Counted from the first letter of the stretch, positions 40,480 to 50,955 are shown. The stretch is DNA of 64,000 nucleotides from an uncultured Nitrospiraceae bacterium (GCA_963730935.1 CAVSTP010000004.1:640001-704000); one strand, 5' to 3'. The notes: a model not told the origin generated them from the letters alone. Translations and numbers: made by a program.

Positions 40480-42996
40480 ATGAACCGTCTGCCAATTGAA
40501 GATGTGCTTCCAGAGTTGCGACGGGCATTGGCGCAGGGAAGCAACGCTCTGCTGACTGCCCCGCCTGGGGCTGGTAAGACCACCGGTGTGCCTCTGGCCT
40601 TGCTGGATGCGTCCTGGCTGGCGGGGCAGAAGCTCCTCATGCTCGAGCCAAGGCGGCTGGCGGCCAGAGCCGCTGCCCATCGGCTGGCCGCAACACTGAA
40701 CCAACCGGTCGGAGATACGGTCGGCTATCGAATGCGGCTCGACACCAATGTGGGCGCGGACACCCGGCTGGAAGTCGTCACCGAAGGGGTGCTGACCAGA
40801 CTGCTGGTCAGCAATCCTGAGCTGGAGGGATACGGGGCGATTGTGTTCGACGAGTTCCACGAGCGGAGCCTTCAGGCCGATATCGGCTTGGCGCTTGCAC
40901 TTGAAACGCAACGGCTCGTCCGTCCTGAACTTCGGCTGCTCGTGATGTCTGCAACGTTGAACTGCGGACCCGTGAGCGATCTGCTCGGTGGTGCGCCCGT
41001 GATTTCCTGCGAAGGCCGAATGTTTCCCGTCGAAACGCGCTACCTGGACCGTCCGCTGACAGGCCGTCTCGAGGCGGCCGTTGTCCAATGCATTCGTCGC
41101 TCGCTGGCTCAGGACTCTGGCAGCCAGCTCGTCTTTTTGCCGGGCATGGCGGAAATTCGCCGCATCGAACGGAGCCTGCTCGATGCCCGTCTCGGCCCGG
41201 ACGTGCAGGTCGCTCCGCTCCACGGAGACCTGCCACAGGCCGATCAAGACATGGCGATCGAACCGGCCCCTCCCGGCAGGAAAAAAATCGTGCTGGCCAC
41301 CTCTATCGCTGAAACCAGTTTGACGATCGACGGCATTCGTGTGGTGATCGATGCCGGGCAGCTGCGTGCACCACGATTCGATCCCCGCTCCGGCTTGACC
41401 CGTCTGGAAACGATTCGGGTCACACAGGACTCGGCCGACCAGCGACGAGGTCGAGCCGGCCGACTCGAACCCGGCATCTGTTATCGTCTCTGGACCGAGC
41501 AAGAGCATCAGTCGCTCGCCCCGCGGCGTCCGCCCGAGATCCTCGACGCGGACCTCTCTTCGTTGCTGCTCGAAACAGCACGATGGGGCGTGTCGGACCC
41601 GTTAGAATTGTCCTGGCTCACACCGCCGCCGCCCGGCGCCGTCGCACAGGCCCGTGAGCTCCTTCTGCGTCTGGGCGCCCTGACCGCCAATGGACGGCTC
41701 ACGCCTCATGGGCAGCAGATGGGTGAGCTGCCCTTGCATCCGCGACTCACGCACATGCTGCTGAGATCGGTCCCGCTTGGCTGCGCCGGGTTGGCCTGCG
41801 ATCTTGCGGCGCTCCTCACCGAGCGCGATCTGTTGCGTGCACCCTCTGCCCGGGAGGCCGATGTACGACTGCGGCTGGACGTGATGCGCGGCAGCCGCGC
41901 CGCAGGCACCGGCGGCTCAGTCGATCGTCGCACGATCGAACGCCTCAAGCGTACCGCGCGCCAGTGGAAGGGACAGCTCCAACAGCTCATAGACGTGCGA
42001 CCACCTGGGAGGTCTACGGATGTCGATCTGGCAGGCCTCCTGCTCGCCATCGCCTATCCCGATCGCATCGCGCAACGTCAGGGAGGCAGTGAGCCGCGCT
42101 ATATCCTGGCCAATGGTCGCGGCGCAGTGTTTACCCACCCGGACCATCTGGCCGTCGAACCGTATCTCGTCATCGTTGAATTGGACGCCGGATCACAGTG
42201 GGCGCGCATCGACATGGCTGCACCCGTCGCCCAGAAGGACATTGAACAGCTGTATCAGGCCGAGATCGCCGAGACTGAAGCGGTCGCGTGGGACGAACGC
42301 ACCGGCGCCGTACGCGCCTCACGACAACGCCGCCTCGGCGCGCTGGTATTGTCGAACGAGGCTCTGTCCAAACCTGATCCTTCCTTGGTCGCAGCGGCCT
42401 TGCTGAACGGAGTGCGCCGGGCGGGACTGCATACCCTGGCCTGGACACCAGACCTTGAGGACTGGCGCATGAGAGTCCGTTTTCTCCGACGCCTCCAAGG
42501 TGAGACTGCTGCTTGGCCAGACGTATCTGACGAGCGCCTTGGTGAAACGCTTGACGACTGGCTCGGGCCTTACTTGGTCGGCATGACGACGTTGGAGCGC
42601 GTGCAGCGCATGGATCTCACACAGCCCTTGCAAGCCTTGCTCAGCCGAGCCCAGCAGCAGGAACTTAATCGATTGGCCCCGACGCACGTCGCCGTGCCAA
42701 GCGGATCGCACATCAGGCTTGATTATTCGGAAGACCTTCCCGTCCTGGCGGTGCGATTACAAGAAATGTTTGGATGCAAAGAGACTCCACGCATCGTGAA
42801 CAGGACAGTGCCGGTGATGCTGCACCTCTTGTCTCCGGCGAAGCGGCCCGTGCAGGTGACGAAAGATCTAGCCAGTTTTTGGGTGAACGCCTATCCCGAG
42901 ATCCGTAAGGAACTTCGCGGCCGCTACCCGAAGCATCATTGGCCAGAGAATCCGCTGACCGCTCCCCCCACGGCCAAGACCAAACGTCGATCCTAA
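40480..42996 (+). CDS. hrpB: ATP-dependent helicase HrpB
   Basis: APPGAGKTT, DEFHER, MSAT, QRRGRAGR and the HrpB C-terminus (LLSPA.RP.QVT.DL..FW). Confidence 0.95.
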   Translation: MNRLPIEDVLPELRRALAQGSNALLTAPPGAGKTTGVPLALLDASWLAGQKLLMLEPRRLAARAAAHRLAATLNQPVGDTVGYRMRLDTNVGADTRLEVVTEGVLTRLLVSNPELEGYGAIVFDEFHERSLQADIGLALALETQRLVRPELRLLVMSATLNCGPVSDLLGGAPVISCEGRMFPVETRYLDRPLTGRLEAAVVQCIRRSLAQDSGSQLVFLPGMAEIRRIERSLLDARLGPDVQVAPLHGDLPQADQDMAIEPAPPGRKKIVLATSIAETSLTIDGIRVVIDAGQLRAPRFDPRSGLTRLETIRVTQDSADQRRGRAGRLEPGICYRLWTEQEHQSLAPRRPPEILDADLSSLLLETARWGVSDPLELSWLTPPPPGAVAQARELLLRLGALTANGRLTPHGQQMGELPLHPRLTHMLLRSVPLGCAGLACDLAALLTERDLLRAPSAREADVRLRLDVMRGSRAAGTGGSVDRRTIERLKRTARQWKGQLQQLIDVRPPGRSTDVDLAGLLLAIAYPDRIAQRQGGSEPRYILANGRGAVFTHPDHLAVEPYLVIVELDAGSQWARIDMAAPVAQKDIEQLYQAEIAETEAVAWDERTGAVRASRQRRLGALVLSNEALSKPDPSLVAAALLNGVRRAGLHTLAWTPDLEDWRMRVRFLRRLQGETAAWPDVSDERLGETLDDWLGPYLVGMTTLERVQRMDLTQPLQALLSRAQQQELNRLAPTHVAVPSGSHIRLDYSEDLPVLAVRLQEMFGCKETPRIVNRTVPVMLHLLSPAKRPVQVTKDLASFWVNAYPEIRKELRGRYPKHHWPENPLTAPPTAKTKRRS

Positions 42997-43050
42997 GTCC
43001 CGTCCTTTCGTAGGATAGACCGCCTGGCAGGTGACGTCCTATGGTCGTTC

Positions 43051-43680
43051 ATGCACGGATGGATGTTCCTGCTCATCGTCCTGACGCTCCTCATCCCGGC
43101 CAGTGGACGCGGCGAGCTTCCGGAGTTTGGACCTCCGCCCCCGACGGCCCCATTTGACGATGTCGACGATGCCGCGCTGCAGGCGGAAGTCACGCGGCAG
43201 ACCCTCGCCTTTCTGGACATCCTGCAACGACATTGGGGACAAGGGCCCGAACGGCTGAGGAGCGCGGTCGCCGGCCCCCTCGAGCGGGAGGAAGAAAGCA
43301 CGCTGATCTATCTGCGGAACATACACGATCACGGCGTGCTCGAGGGCTACGAATTCCGGAAGGGATCGCTCGCGCGTGGTCAATACGTGATCATTCAGCG
43401 GCCGCTGAACGGCTTGAACGAGTTCATCGGCTACTATACGGCGCTCAAACTGGCCTTGAGCACGGCTTATGGAGAGCCGGAGTTGGACCGTGTGGTCTGG
43501 GACAATGACCTCTATCATCCGCTGCCCGACTACTGGGGCGTGGCCGTGATGATCGGACATCTCCGCTATCACGCGATCTGGGAAACGTCCGAAGGGACGC
43601 TGACGCTTGATCTCACCGGAGACCGGTACAGCCGATTGTCGGTGGAATATCGCGCGCGGGCGGAGAGCGCGGACACTTAG
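43051..43680 (+). CDS. Hypothetical exported protein
   Basis: Signal peptide; 209 aa. Confidence 0.7.
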   Translation: MHGWMFLLIVLTLLIPASGRGELPEFGPPPPTAPFDDVDDAALQAEVTRQTLAFLDILQRHWGQGPERLRSAVAGPLEREEESTLIYLRNIHDHGVLEGYEFRKGSLARGQYVIIQRPLNGLNEFIGYYTALKLALSTAYGEPELDRVVWDNDLYHPLPDYWGVAVMIGHLRYHAIWETSEGTLTLDLTGDRYSRLSVEYRARAESADT

Positions 43681-43690
43681 CGATCGTCAC

Positions 43691-43877
43691 GCAGGTTGTT
43701 CAAAAAGTCTTTTCTTTCTCACCCACCCAACCCCGGCGCCAGTAGGCGCCGCCCCCTGCAAGGCCACAGCGAGCCATTGTATGCAATCGGATAGGAATGT
43801 GAGAACGCAGCCTGGGAAAGATGCGTTCTCACGCATCCGGGCGGCGGGTGAGAAGAGTGGCTTTTTCAACAACCTGC
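43691..43877. mobile_element. MITE-like non-autonomous element
   Basis: 17-bp terminal inverted repeats GCAGGTTGTTCAAAAAG / CTTTTTCAACAACCTGC (1 mismatch), internal hairpins and no credible ORF. Confidence 0.75.
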
Positions 43878-44155
43878 TAGGTGGGAATATCCCGGACGCC
43901 ATCGTAGGACGTCTTCGATTGATGAGTCAGCTTGACGACATCGCCGTCTTTGACCACTGAATCTTCGCTGCCCACCTTCTTGTTGACGGCGACCAGCACT
44001 TCCCGCTGAAGCATGAATGGCATGAGGGCGCCTAACTGATCAGGGTGCGCATCGATCATTTTCCTGACCGTCGTCGTCCCTGCGACCTCGAGCTCGATTT
44101 CATGCTCGCCGAGGACGTGACGTAATGTCAGGCCAAACACAAGTACTTTCACCAT
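43877..44155 (-). CDS. MoaD/ThiS-like beta-grasp protein lacking the C-terminal GG
   Basis: VKVLVFG.TLR, VAVN and VVKDGDVV; ends in ...YDGVRDIPT. Confidence 0.75.
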   Translation of the reverse strand: MVKVLVFGLTLRHVLGEHEIELEVAGTTTVRKMIDAHPDQLGALMPFMLQREVLVAVNKKVGSEDSVVKDGDVVKLTHQSKTSYDGVRDIPT

Positions 44156-44188
44156 AAGAAGCCTCGCCTCCAGGGTCGAGCCGCAGGC

Positions 44189-44428
44189 TCACGTTTGGCG
44201 CGCGTGACAGCGGAAGCAATCGGGCCGCTTGGGATGCCGCGCGGGCAACGGTCTCACAGCACCCGCGCTGTGGCAACTCACGCAGTCCTTTTCAGCCTTG
44301 ACCGCGTCGTGCTCGGCAGTCCTGGGCACCATCGGATTGCGGTCTTTCGGCGTGGGCAGCAACGACACCCCCACGACGACCGCGACGGCGAACAGGATAA
44401 ACAGCCAGTCAACCTTCCGCAATGTCAT
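44189..44428 (-). CDS. Small membrane-anchored diheme cytochrome c
   Basis: N-terminal TM segment, CVSCH and CFRCH. Confidence 0.8.
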   Translation of the reverse strand: MTLRKVDWLFILFAVAVVVGVSLLPTPKDRNPMVPRTAEHDAVKAEKDCVSCHSAGAVRPLPARHPKRPDCFRCHARQT

Positions 44429-47247
44429 GGGACTGGCTCCCCGGCTTCCGGAGATCCGGCCTCATAACTGTCCTGTAAGACCTGCGCGATGTGCTTCACC
44501 TCGACGGCCGACGGCAAGCCGGTCTTGAGCTGAATCATGCAGGCCGGGCAGCTCGTGGCCACGAGATTCGCGCCGCTGTCCTCGACCGCCTGCCGCTTCC
44601 GCGCCACGATCCGCTGCGACGTGTCAAAATCCTTGACCAGATAGGTGCCCGCCCCGCCGGCGCACCGGTCCGCATCGGGCATCTCGACAAATTGGACGCC
44701 GGGCAGCATCTTCAAAATCGCGCGAGGCTCTTTCGTCACCCCGGCCGCCCGCAGATGGCAGGAGGAATGGTAAGTCACTTTGCCCCGCGCGGAAGCCGCA
44801 GGTGCCATGACCGGTCGCACGGGTGATTGCGCGACGAATTCCGAAATATGCTTCACCCGCTGCGCCAACGATTCGGCGGCAGAGTGTTCTGGCTCGCCGG
44901 CAAAGAGCGTCCGATAGTCCTTGAGCATCAATGTACAAGATGCACAGCCGGTCACGACGGCGTCATAGCCCGCGAACGATCGCAGGTTCTCCCTCGCCCC
45001 CTCCTTCGCCAAGTCTCGATGCCCGTAGGTTTCGATCGGCGTCCCCGAGCATCGCTGCGGGGGCAGGTCCGGCTCGACGCCGTGCTTGCGAAGGACGGCG
45101 ATGACCGCATCGCCGACGCCGTCCGCGAAATAATTGGCTGCGCACCCATGGAAGTACGCGACCTTGGAGCGCGGCGTCTGACCGGCGGACGTCACGAGAC
45201 GCGCATAGCGCTCGCGTAACTGCTGAGCGGCCAGTTTGGGAAGCGCGATTTTTGCCGATAGCCTGGCTCCTGGCGCCAGATATTTCAGGAGCGGACGGCT
45301 CGCCAGATCCAAGACACGCCGCATCAACGGCCGATCCCACAGAGGCTGGAACCTCGCCATCCATCGTAAGAAGGCGGCAAAGCGCTCGGTCTGGGCATGG
45401 AAGCGAAAAATGATCCCGGCAAGCGCATTCGGATGCTCAGCCCGCCGATCGAGGATCAACTGCGAGACGTCGACGCCGGCCGGGCAGGCCGTTCGGCAGG
45501 ATTTGCAGTTGAGGCAGGCTTCCACTACCCGTTTCGAATTCAAATAACTATAGTCCTTGTCCGTGACGATCTCGAACCAGCCGCGGGAGCTCATATCTTC
45601 CGAACGGAAGACATCGTAGACAGGGCACACGGCGTTGCACTTGGCGCAGGTCGCGCAGGATTTGGACAGCCTCGTGTAATCGATGTGCTCCGTGAACGGC
45701 CGGTCACTGATCTTCACGCCCGGGTTGAGCACGCCGGACGGATCAAAGCTGCGCTTCACCTTCACGAACAGCTCGTAGAGTTCAGGCCCGAACATGGCCG
45801 GCACATATTCGGCCCGTACGCGTCCGTCGCCGTGCTCTCCGCAGATCGAGCCGCCGAAGCGGTCGAGCACCGTGCGATGGATTTCATGGTAGCCCTGCAC
45901 CATCTTCCCGTAATCCCGCTCGTCGTTCACGTCGAGAAGCGGCACGATATGCGCGTTCCCGTTGCCGATATGACCGAAAATGGCGACCGGAACACGTTGA
46001 CCACCGAAAAATTCTTCGAGGTAGCGGATGAGCTCGCTGATGCGTGCCGCTGGGACCACAACATCGTCGACAAAATTGATCGGCTTCTTGCGCGGATCGA
46101 AGCGATACAACGTGGGATAGAGGGCCTTGCGGGCCTTCCACAGCTGCTCGCGCTGCTCCGGATCGTAGGCGGTGACCACCGCTGAGGCGAGCGGATAGCG
46201 ACGGCAGACGGCGGCCATACGTTCGGCCTGCTCGTGAAGATCGGTTGTCAGATCATCGGCATCGAGTTCGGCCAACAACGTGGCGGCCGAATCGGCCGGG
46301 ATTCCGTGCCGCGACCGGCCGATCAGATCGAGCGTATTGGCATCCATGACCTCCAACGCACTCGGACCCAGCTGGAGCAGCTGCGGCACCGCCTCGCCGA
46401 CATCCTCGAGGCGCTTGAAATGAATCAAGGCGGTCAGCGTCGCGCGAGGTTTGTCGACCAGACGGATCGTCGCCTCGCTGAACACGCCGAGCGTCCCTTC
46501 GCTCCCGATGAAGAGCTTCGGCAGATCTATGCGTCCGCGTGACAGCCCCTCCGCCAGGCCAAAGAGGTTGTACCCGCAGCTGTTCTTACTCACCCGCGGT
46601 CGCTTTTGCTCGAGCAGTTCCGTGTGCGACCGCACGAGGGAGTACGTCTCTTGAATCGGCGGGTGCGAGGACAATAGGCCCGCGGCAGCGGGATCGTCTA
46701 CGACGTAGGAGCGTGCGTCCAACCAGGCGCCGGAGGCAAGGCACACCCGAAGGCGCTCGACGTTGTCCTTGACCGCTCCATACCGCAAGGTATGCGGACC
46801 GGCCGAATTGTTCGCCAGCATTCCTCCCAATTTGCACATGTCCCCGCTGGACGGATCGGGCCCGAACATCAGGCCCTGCCGGGCCAGCTGTTTATTCAGC
46901 TCGGCCAGGACGATTCCCGGTTGCACCCGTGCCCACCGTTCCTCGCGGTTGGTCTCAAGTATTCGATGGAGGCGCGAGACGTCGAGGATGATGCCCGAAC
47001 CGATAGCGGAACCGGTCAAATTGGTCCCCGCGGCGCGGGCCGTCACCGGAATGCCGCGCGCCACGGCGTAGCGCAACAGCCGATGGATGTCATCCTCGGA
47101 TTCCACCAAGGCGACGGCCTGGGGCTCCATCCGGTACATACTGGCGTCGACCGCATACGCGGTTTTGGTAGGATGATCGTCTTTGATCTGGTCTTCCCGG
47201 AACAGCTTGCGGAGATCCGAGCCGACGGCGCGGGACGTATCGGGCAT
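44425..47247 (-). CDS. FAD-linked / Fe-S oxidoreductase (GlcD-GlcF fusion, D-2-hydroxyacid dehydrogenase type)
   Basis: FAD_binding_4 domain, GSEGTLG, GEHGDG, two CxxCxxCxxxCP motifs and CCG-like domains. Confidence 0.88.
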   Translation of the reverse strand: MPDTSRAVGSDLRKLFREDQIKDDHPTKTAYAVDASMYRMEPQAVALVESEDDIHRLLRYAVARGIPVTARAAGTNLTGSAIGSGIILDVSRLHRILETNREERWARVQPGIVLAELNKQLARQGLMFGPDPSSGDMCKLGGMLANNSAGPHTLRYGAVKDNVERLRVCLASGAWLDARSYVVDDPAAAGLLSSHPPIQETYSLVRSHTELLEQKRPRVSKNSCGYNLFGLAEGLSRGRIDLPKLFIGSEGTLGVFSEATIRLVDKPRATLTALIHFKRLEDVGEAVPQLLQLGPSALEVMDANTLDLIGRSRHGIPADSAATLLAELDADDLTTDLHEQAERMAAVCRRYPLASAVVTAYDPEQREQLWKARKALYPTLYRFDPRKKPINFVDDVVVPAARISELIRYLEEFFGGQRVPVAIFGHIGNGNAHIVPLLDVNDERDYGKMVQGYHEIHRTVLDRFGGSICGEHGDGRVRAEYVPAMFGPELYELFVKVKRSFDPSGVLNPGVKISDRPFTEHIDYTRLSKSCATCAKCNAVCPVYDVFRSEDMSSRGWFEIVTDKDYSYLNSKRVVEACLNCKSCRTACPAGVDVSQLILDRRAEHPNALAGIIFRFHAQTERFAAFLRWMARFQPLWDRPLMRRVLDLASRPLLKYLAPGARLSAKIALPKLAAQQLRERYARLVTSAGQTPRSKVAYFHGCAANYFADGVGDAVIAVLRKHGVEPDLPPQRCSGTPIETYGHRDLAKEGARENLRSFAGYDAVVTGCASCTLMLKDYRTLFAGEPEHSAAESLAQRVKHISEFVAQSPVRPVMAPAASARGKVTYHSSCHLRAAGVTKEPRAILKMLPGVQFVEMPDADRCAGGAGTYLVKDFDTSQRIVARKRQAVEDSGANLVATSCPACMIQLKTGLPSAVEVKHIAQVLQDSYEAGSPEAGEPVP

Positions 47248-47368
47248 GACAAGCATGGCGCGGCATTCTAACAGGGGAAAGAAAAGATCCGCCACCTCAG
47301 AAGCGCTGATGCGGTGCCTAACGGGTTTTCGGTTTGTGACCGCTCGCGCGAGTCGCTAAGATACGCTC

Positions 47369-48334
47369 ATGGGCTCCGCCAAACCGCCGTTGTATGTGTC
47401 GCGCGTCCTGCCCGATCCCGTCATGGCAGCCATTCGAGAGCGATTCACACTCGTTCGGGAGCCGCTCGATGTCTCCCCTGCACCGTCGGCGTTGCGATCG
47501 GGGCTGTCGGAATCGGCCGCCGCGATTGTCACGCTGACGGACCGCCTCGACGCCGACGTCCTGGCCGCCGCCCCACGTCTCAAAATTGTGGCCAACTATG
47601 CCGTCGGCTACAACAACATCGATGTCAGCGCCGCACGACAACGGGGGATTGTCGTCACCAATACGCCGGATGTGCTCACGGATGCCACGGCGGATCTCAC
47701 GTGGGCGCTGATCCTAGCGACTGCCCGCCGCGTGATTGAAGGCGACCGTCTCGTGCGCAGCGGTCTGTGGACCGGATGGACGCCCACCCAACTGCTGGGC
47801 ACGGCGGTAGCCGGCCGGACGTTGGGTATCATCGGCATGGGTCGCATCGGTCAGGCCGTGGCACAGCGCGCAGCCGGATTTCGTATGAAGGTGTGCTATT
47901 CCTCACGCCGGCGCATCGACAGTCCGTCGCACGCCGTGGCAGGGGAGTTCCTGCCCCTGCAGGCACTGCTGTCATGCTCGGACATCGTCACCATTCACGC
48001 ACCCCTCACGCAGGAAACCCGACACTTGATCGACGCTCAGGGGCTGGCGAAGATGCGCCGCACGGCAATTCTGATCAACACCGCGAGAGGGCCGATTGTC
48101 GATGAGTCGGCGCTCGTCGTCGCCCTCACAAGCGGTGCGATTTCTGGAGCCGGGTTAGACGTGTTCGAGGAAGAGCCGCGGCTTGATCCTCGGCTGGCGA
48201 CGATGCCGCAGGTCGTGCTGCTGCCGCACCTCGGATCGGCGACAATGGAAGCGCGCGTCGAAATGGGAATGACGTGCGTGAAGAATATCGAAGCGGTGTT
48301 ATCCGGGCAATCGGCCCCCAATCGAGTGGGTTAG
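47369..48334 (+). CDS. D-glycerate dehydrogenase / glyoxylate reductase
   Basis: NTPDVLT, GMGRIG, INTARG, LDVFEEEP and PHLGS. Confidence 0.92.
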   Translation: MGSAKPPLYVSRVLPDPVMAAIRERFTLVREPLDVSPAPSALRSGLSESAAAIVTLTDRLDADVLAAAPRLKIVANYAVGYNNIDVSAARQRGIVVTNTPDVLTDATADLTWALILATARRVIEGDRLVRSGLWTGWTPTQLLGTAVAGRTLGIIGMGRIGQAVAQRAAGFRMKVCYSSRRRIDSPSHAVAGEFLPLQALLSCSDIVTIHAPLTQETRHLIDAQGLAKMRRTAILINTARGPIVDESALVVALTSGAISGAGLDVFEEEPRLDPRLATMPQVVLLPHLGSATMEARVEMGMTCVKNIEAVLSGQSAPNRVG

Positions 48335-48389
48335 CGGCGCGCGACGTCATGCCTGCCCCGGCACGGGGACAGCAGACCTTGCAATGCAG

Positions 48390-50567
48390 CTAGGTGGCGT
48401 AGCGAAACGCTTTTGCAGCAGCGGCCGGTTTGGGGGCTGTACGAATGGACGCGAGGCGCTGGGGGACATCGTGGAATGTGGGGATGGCTTCGAACATCGT
48501 CGTCGCGAGCTGCCAATTTTCCTGCTTCTCATAGAGCAATCCCAGCTCATAGCGAATGGCCTGAGCCTTGGCGCCCTGACACCGCGGGTCGCTGAGCAGC
48601 CGTTCAAGCTGTGCGCTGGCTGAGTCGTATTGTTCCTGTTCTTTGAGGCAGACGGCCGTCATGAGGCAGGCATCGAGAAACACCTCGGCCCCTTTCATCG
48701 CGAGGCCAAATTCCTCCTTGGCCTCGTTGACCAGCCCCATGTTCTTGTACGCCACACCAAGGGTGTAGTGCGTCTCCGCATCGATGTCGTCGACCGGTTC
48801 CTCAGGCGCAGCGGGCGCAAATAGGACCGACAACTTTGAGACGATCGCGCTGGCCGGCGCCAGCTCTTTGACCTTGTCGTACAGATGACGGATTGGTTCG
48901 GCATCGGCAACCGCCTGGCCGGCCGTCCGCAGTTCAAGGGCTCGTCCATATTGAAGGGCTGCGCCCGCGCCATCGCCTTTCCGTTCGAGGACCTGGCCCA
49001 GAAATTCTCTGGCCTCCGCATCGTCAGGTTGAGAGGCGACCATCGTCCCGAGCCACTCTTCGGCTTGAGCCCACTGCCCGGCCTCGACATAGCCGCGGAA
49101 CTGTTCCGGCGTCGTAAGGACCGGCGCTTCCTCAGCCTTTTCAGGAGGCGTTGACCGCGAGCGGGGCATGTCATCCGGACCAGCATTGTCGACCGAGAAT
49201 GGCTGGGCCTGCGAAGATGACGCTGGTTGATGGTTGTCCGTCGGGCCGTCTAAATGCCTATCTTGTAGATGCCGATCGTGTCCCGGCTTAATGGCCGTTG
49301 TCGTGGCCCAGGCATCGTCAGGCGCCGCGCCGTCGATGGAAAATCCTCCGATCGTCGTCGCAGGAGCGACCCCCGCCGGAGCGTCAACCGGCGCATCCCC
49401 TCGCATCAACGCCTCGAGCCGCTTGACCATAGGGCTTTCGGGCGCGAGCGACTGCACTTTCTCAAAGATTTCTTCGTGCAAGGTCGGCATCCCAGGCTCG
49501 GGATTCTTGAGAAGCGCTTCGATGGCCTTGCCGTAGTGCTGCACAGCCGTCTCGATGTCGCCTTTTTCTTCGTAGAGCTCGCCCTGCAACTCCAGCAGCG
49601 GGACCGAGTTGGGCTCGACCGCAAGAAACTCGGCGATGAGCGTTTCGGCCTGCGGATAGTCCTGCGCGCGCAATGCCGCTCCCGCCAGAAACCGATATTC
49701 GCCAAGGGCGATCTGCAACTGCCCCTGCTGGAGATGCAACCGCGCGAGCAGTTGGCAGACTCGGGGATTGCCCGGCTCTTTGGTGAGCATTTGGTTCAGG
49801 ATGGCTTCGGCGCCCGCGTACTGTTTTTCTTCAATGCGCCTGCTCGCTTCAGCCAGCAGATCGGGCGGCTCTCCCGCATTCGTTACAGCCGCTGCTCCGG
49901 CTTTGGCCGAACGGACCGGCGTGCCACCGGTCTTCTTATAGTGCTCGATGTACTGTTGCGCCTCGCTGTTCGCGGGATCGATGCGCAGCACCGATTCGTA
50001 GGCTTCCTTCGCCTCGGCGTACCGTTGCTGTCCCGACCGCTCGCGCCCGAGTTGCAGATAGACCCTCGTGGCCTCGTCTTGCATGTTTTCCTGCAAGCAG
50101 AGTTCTGCCACGCGTTGCTGCGCATCGAGATTGGAGGGGTCCTGGCTGACAATCTTCTTATAGATGTCGAGGGCTTCTTTGGTCTTGCGTTCCTTGAGGT
50201 AGTGTTTCCCGAGGGTCAGATAATCCTGGACGGCGCTGCTCAACAGGCCCCGCTCGGCGTTCAGATCGCCCAGGAACCGGTACATATCGTAGCGGGACGG
50301 ATCGAGCTTCAGGACTTTCTTGTAGGTGGCGATCGCCTTGAGCGTGGCGCCCTCGGCCCGGAAGGCATTTGCGGCCTGAATGAACGAGGCCACCGCATCG
50401 GCTGTCGCGTTGCGCTTGAGATGCAGTTCGCCAATGGAATTGTGAATGCCCCCGTCGCCCGGCGCTTCGGCCGAGAGCTTCTTCCATTCGCTAATGGCGG
50501 CGTCGAACTGACCCTTTGAGGCGAAAAGCTGTGCGCTATGCAGAACCTTGCTGCGGTCGAAGCCCAA
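48390..50567 (-). CDS. Tetratricopeptide repeat protein
   Basis: Many TPR motifs and a C-terminal ETHYTLGVAYKNMGL; TTG start after GGAGG. Confidence 0.85.
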   Translation of the reverse strand: MGFDRSKVLHSAQLFASKGQFDAAISEWKKLSAEAPGDGGIHNSIGELHLKRNATADAVASFIQAANAFRAEGATLKAIATYKKVLKLDPSRYDMYRFLGDLNAERGLLSSAVQDYLTLGKHYLKERKTKEALDIYKKIVSQDPSNLDAQQRVAELCLQENMQDEATRVYLQLGRERSGQQRYAEAKEAYESVLRIDPANSEAQQYIEHYKKTGGTPVRSAKAGAAAVTNAGEPPDLLAEASRRIEEKQYAGAEAILNQMLTKEPGNPRVCQLLARLHLQQGQLQIALGEYRFLAGAALRAQDYPQAETLIAEFLAVEPNSVPLLELQGELYEEKGDIETAVQHYGKAIEALLKNPEPGMPTLHEEIFEKVQSLAPESPMVKRLEALMRGDAPVDAPAGVAPATTIGGFSIDGAAPDDAWATTTAIKPGHDRHLQDRHLDGPTDNHQPASSSQAQPFSVDNAGPDDMPRSRSTPPEKAEEAPVLTTPEQFRGYVEAGQWAQAEEWLGTMVASQPDDAEAREFLGQVLERKGDGAGAALQYGRALELRTAGQAVADAEPIRHLYDKVKELAPASAIVSKLSVLFAPAAPEEPVDDIDAETHYTLGVAYKNMGLVNEAKEEFGLAMKGAEVFLDACLMTAVCLKEQEQYDSASAQLERLLSDPRCQGAKAQAIRYELGLLYEKQENWQLATTMFEAIPTFHDVPQRLASIRTAPKPAAAAKAFRYAT

Positions 50568-50590
50568 GTGGAACCTCCAATAGTCAACAA

Positions 50591-50619
50591 ACGCTAACAG
50601 TATCAATGGTTTTTGTCAA
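50591..50619 (-). promoter_or_regulatory. Sigma-70-type promoter of the TPR gene
   Basis: TTGACA-17 bp-TAGCGT with an extended TG. Confidence 0.55.
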
Positions 50620-50671
50620 AGAAAATGCCTCAATGATTACGCCGATCCTCCCCGACCTTGAGCAAAAACAC

Positions 50672-50707
50672 GAAGGCCTGACGGAAGAATACTTCCGACA
50701 GGCCTTC
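50672..50707 (-). terminator. Intrinsic terminator of the cold-shock gene
   Basis: GAAGGCCTG.CGGAAG / CTTCCG.CAGGCCTTC stem followed by GTGTTTTT on the minus strand. Confidence 0.75.
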
Positions 50708-50736
50708 ACTCCAACGCTGACGTTTTTGGACCGCGG

Positions 50737-50955
50737 TTAGGAGGCCGCGATCGACATCTTCATGACATTGGCCGCCTGAGGTCCTTTGGCACCCTGAACG
50801 ATATCAAATTCGACGTTTTCACCTTCCTTCAATGATTTGAACCCTTCCCCTTGGAGCGCGGAGTAATGCACGAACACATCCTCTCCGCTGTCCAAACGGA
50901 TGAATCCAAACCCCTTACGATCGTTGAACCACTTCACCGTACCTTTTGTCTTCAC
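50737..50955 (-). CDS. Cold-shock protein (CspA family)
   Basis: GTVKWFN..KGFGFI, DVFVHYS and GPQAANV; GTG start after AGGAGG. Confidence 0.95.
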   Translation of the reverse strand: MKTKGTVKWFNDRKGFGFIRLDSGEDVFVHYSALQGEGFKSLKEGENVEFDIVQGAKGPQAANVMKMSIAAS

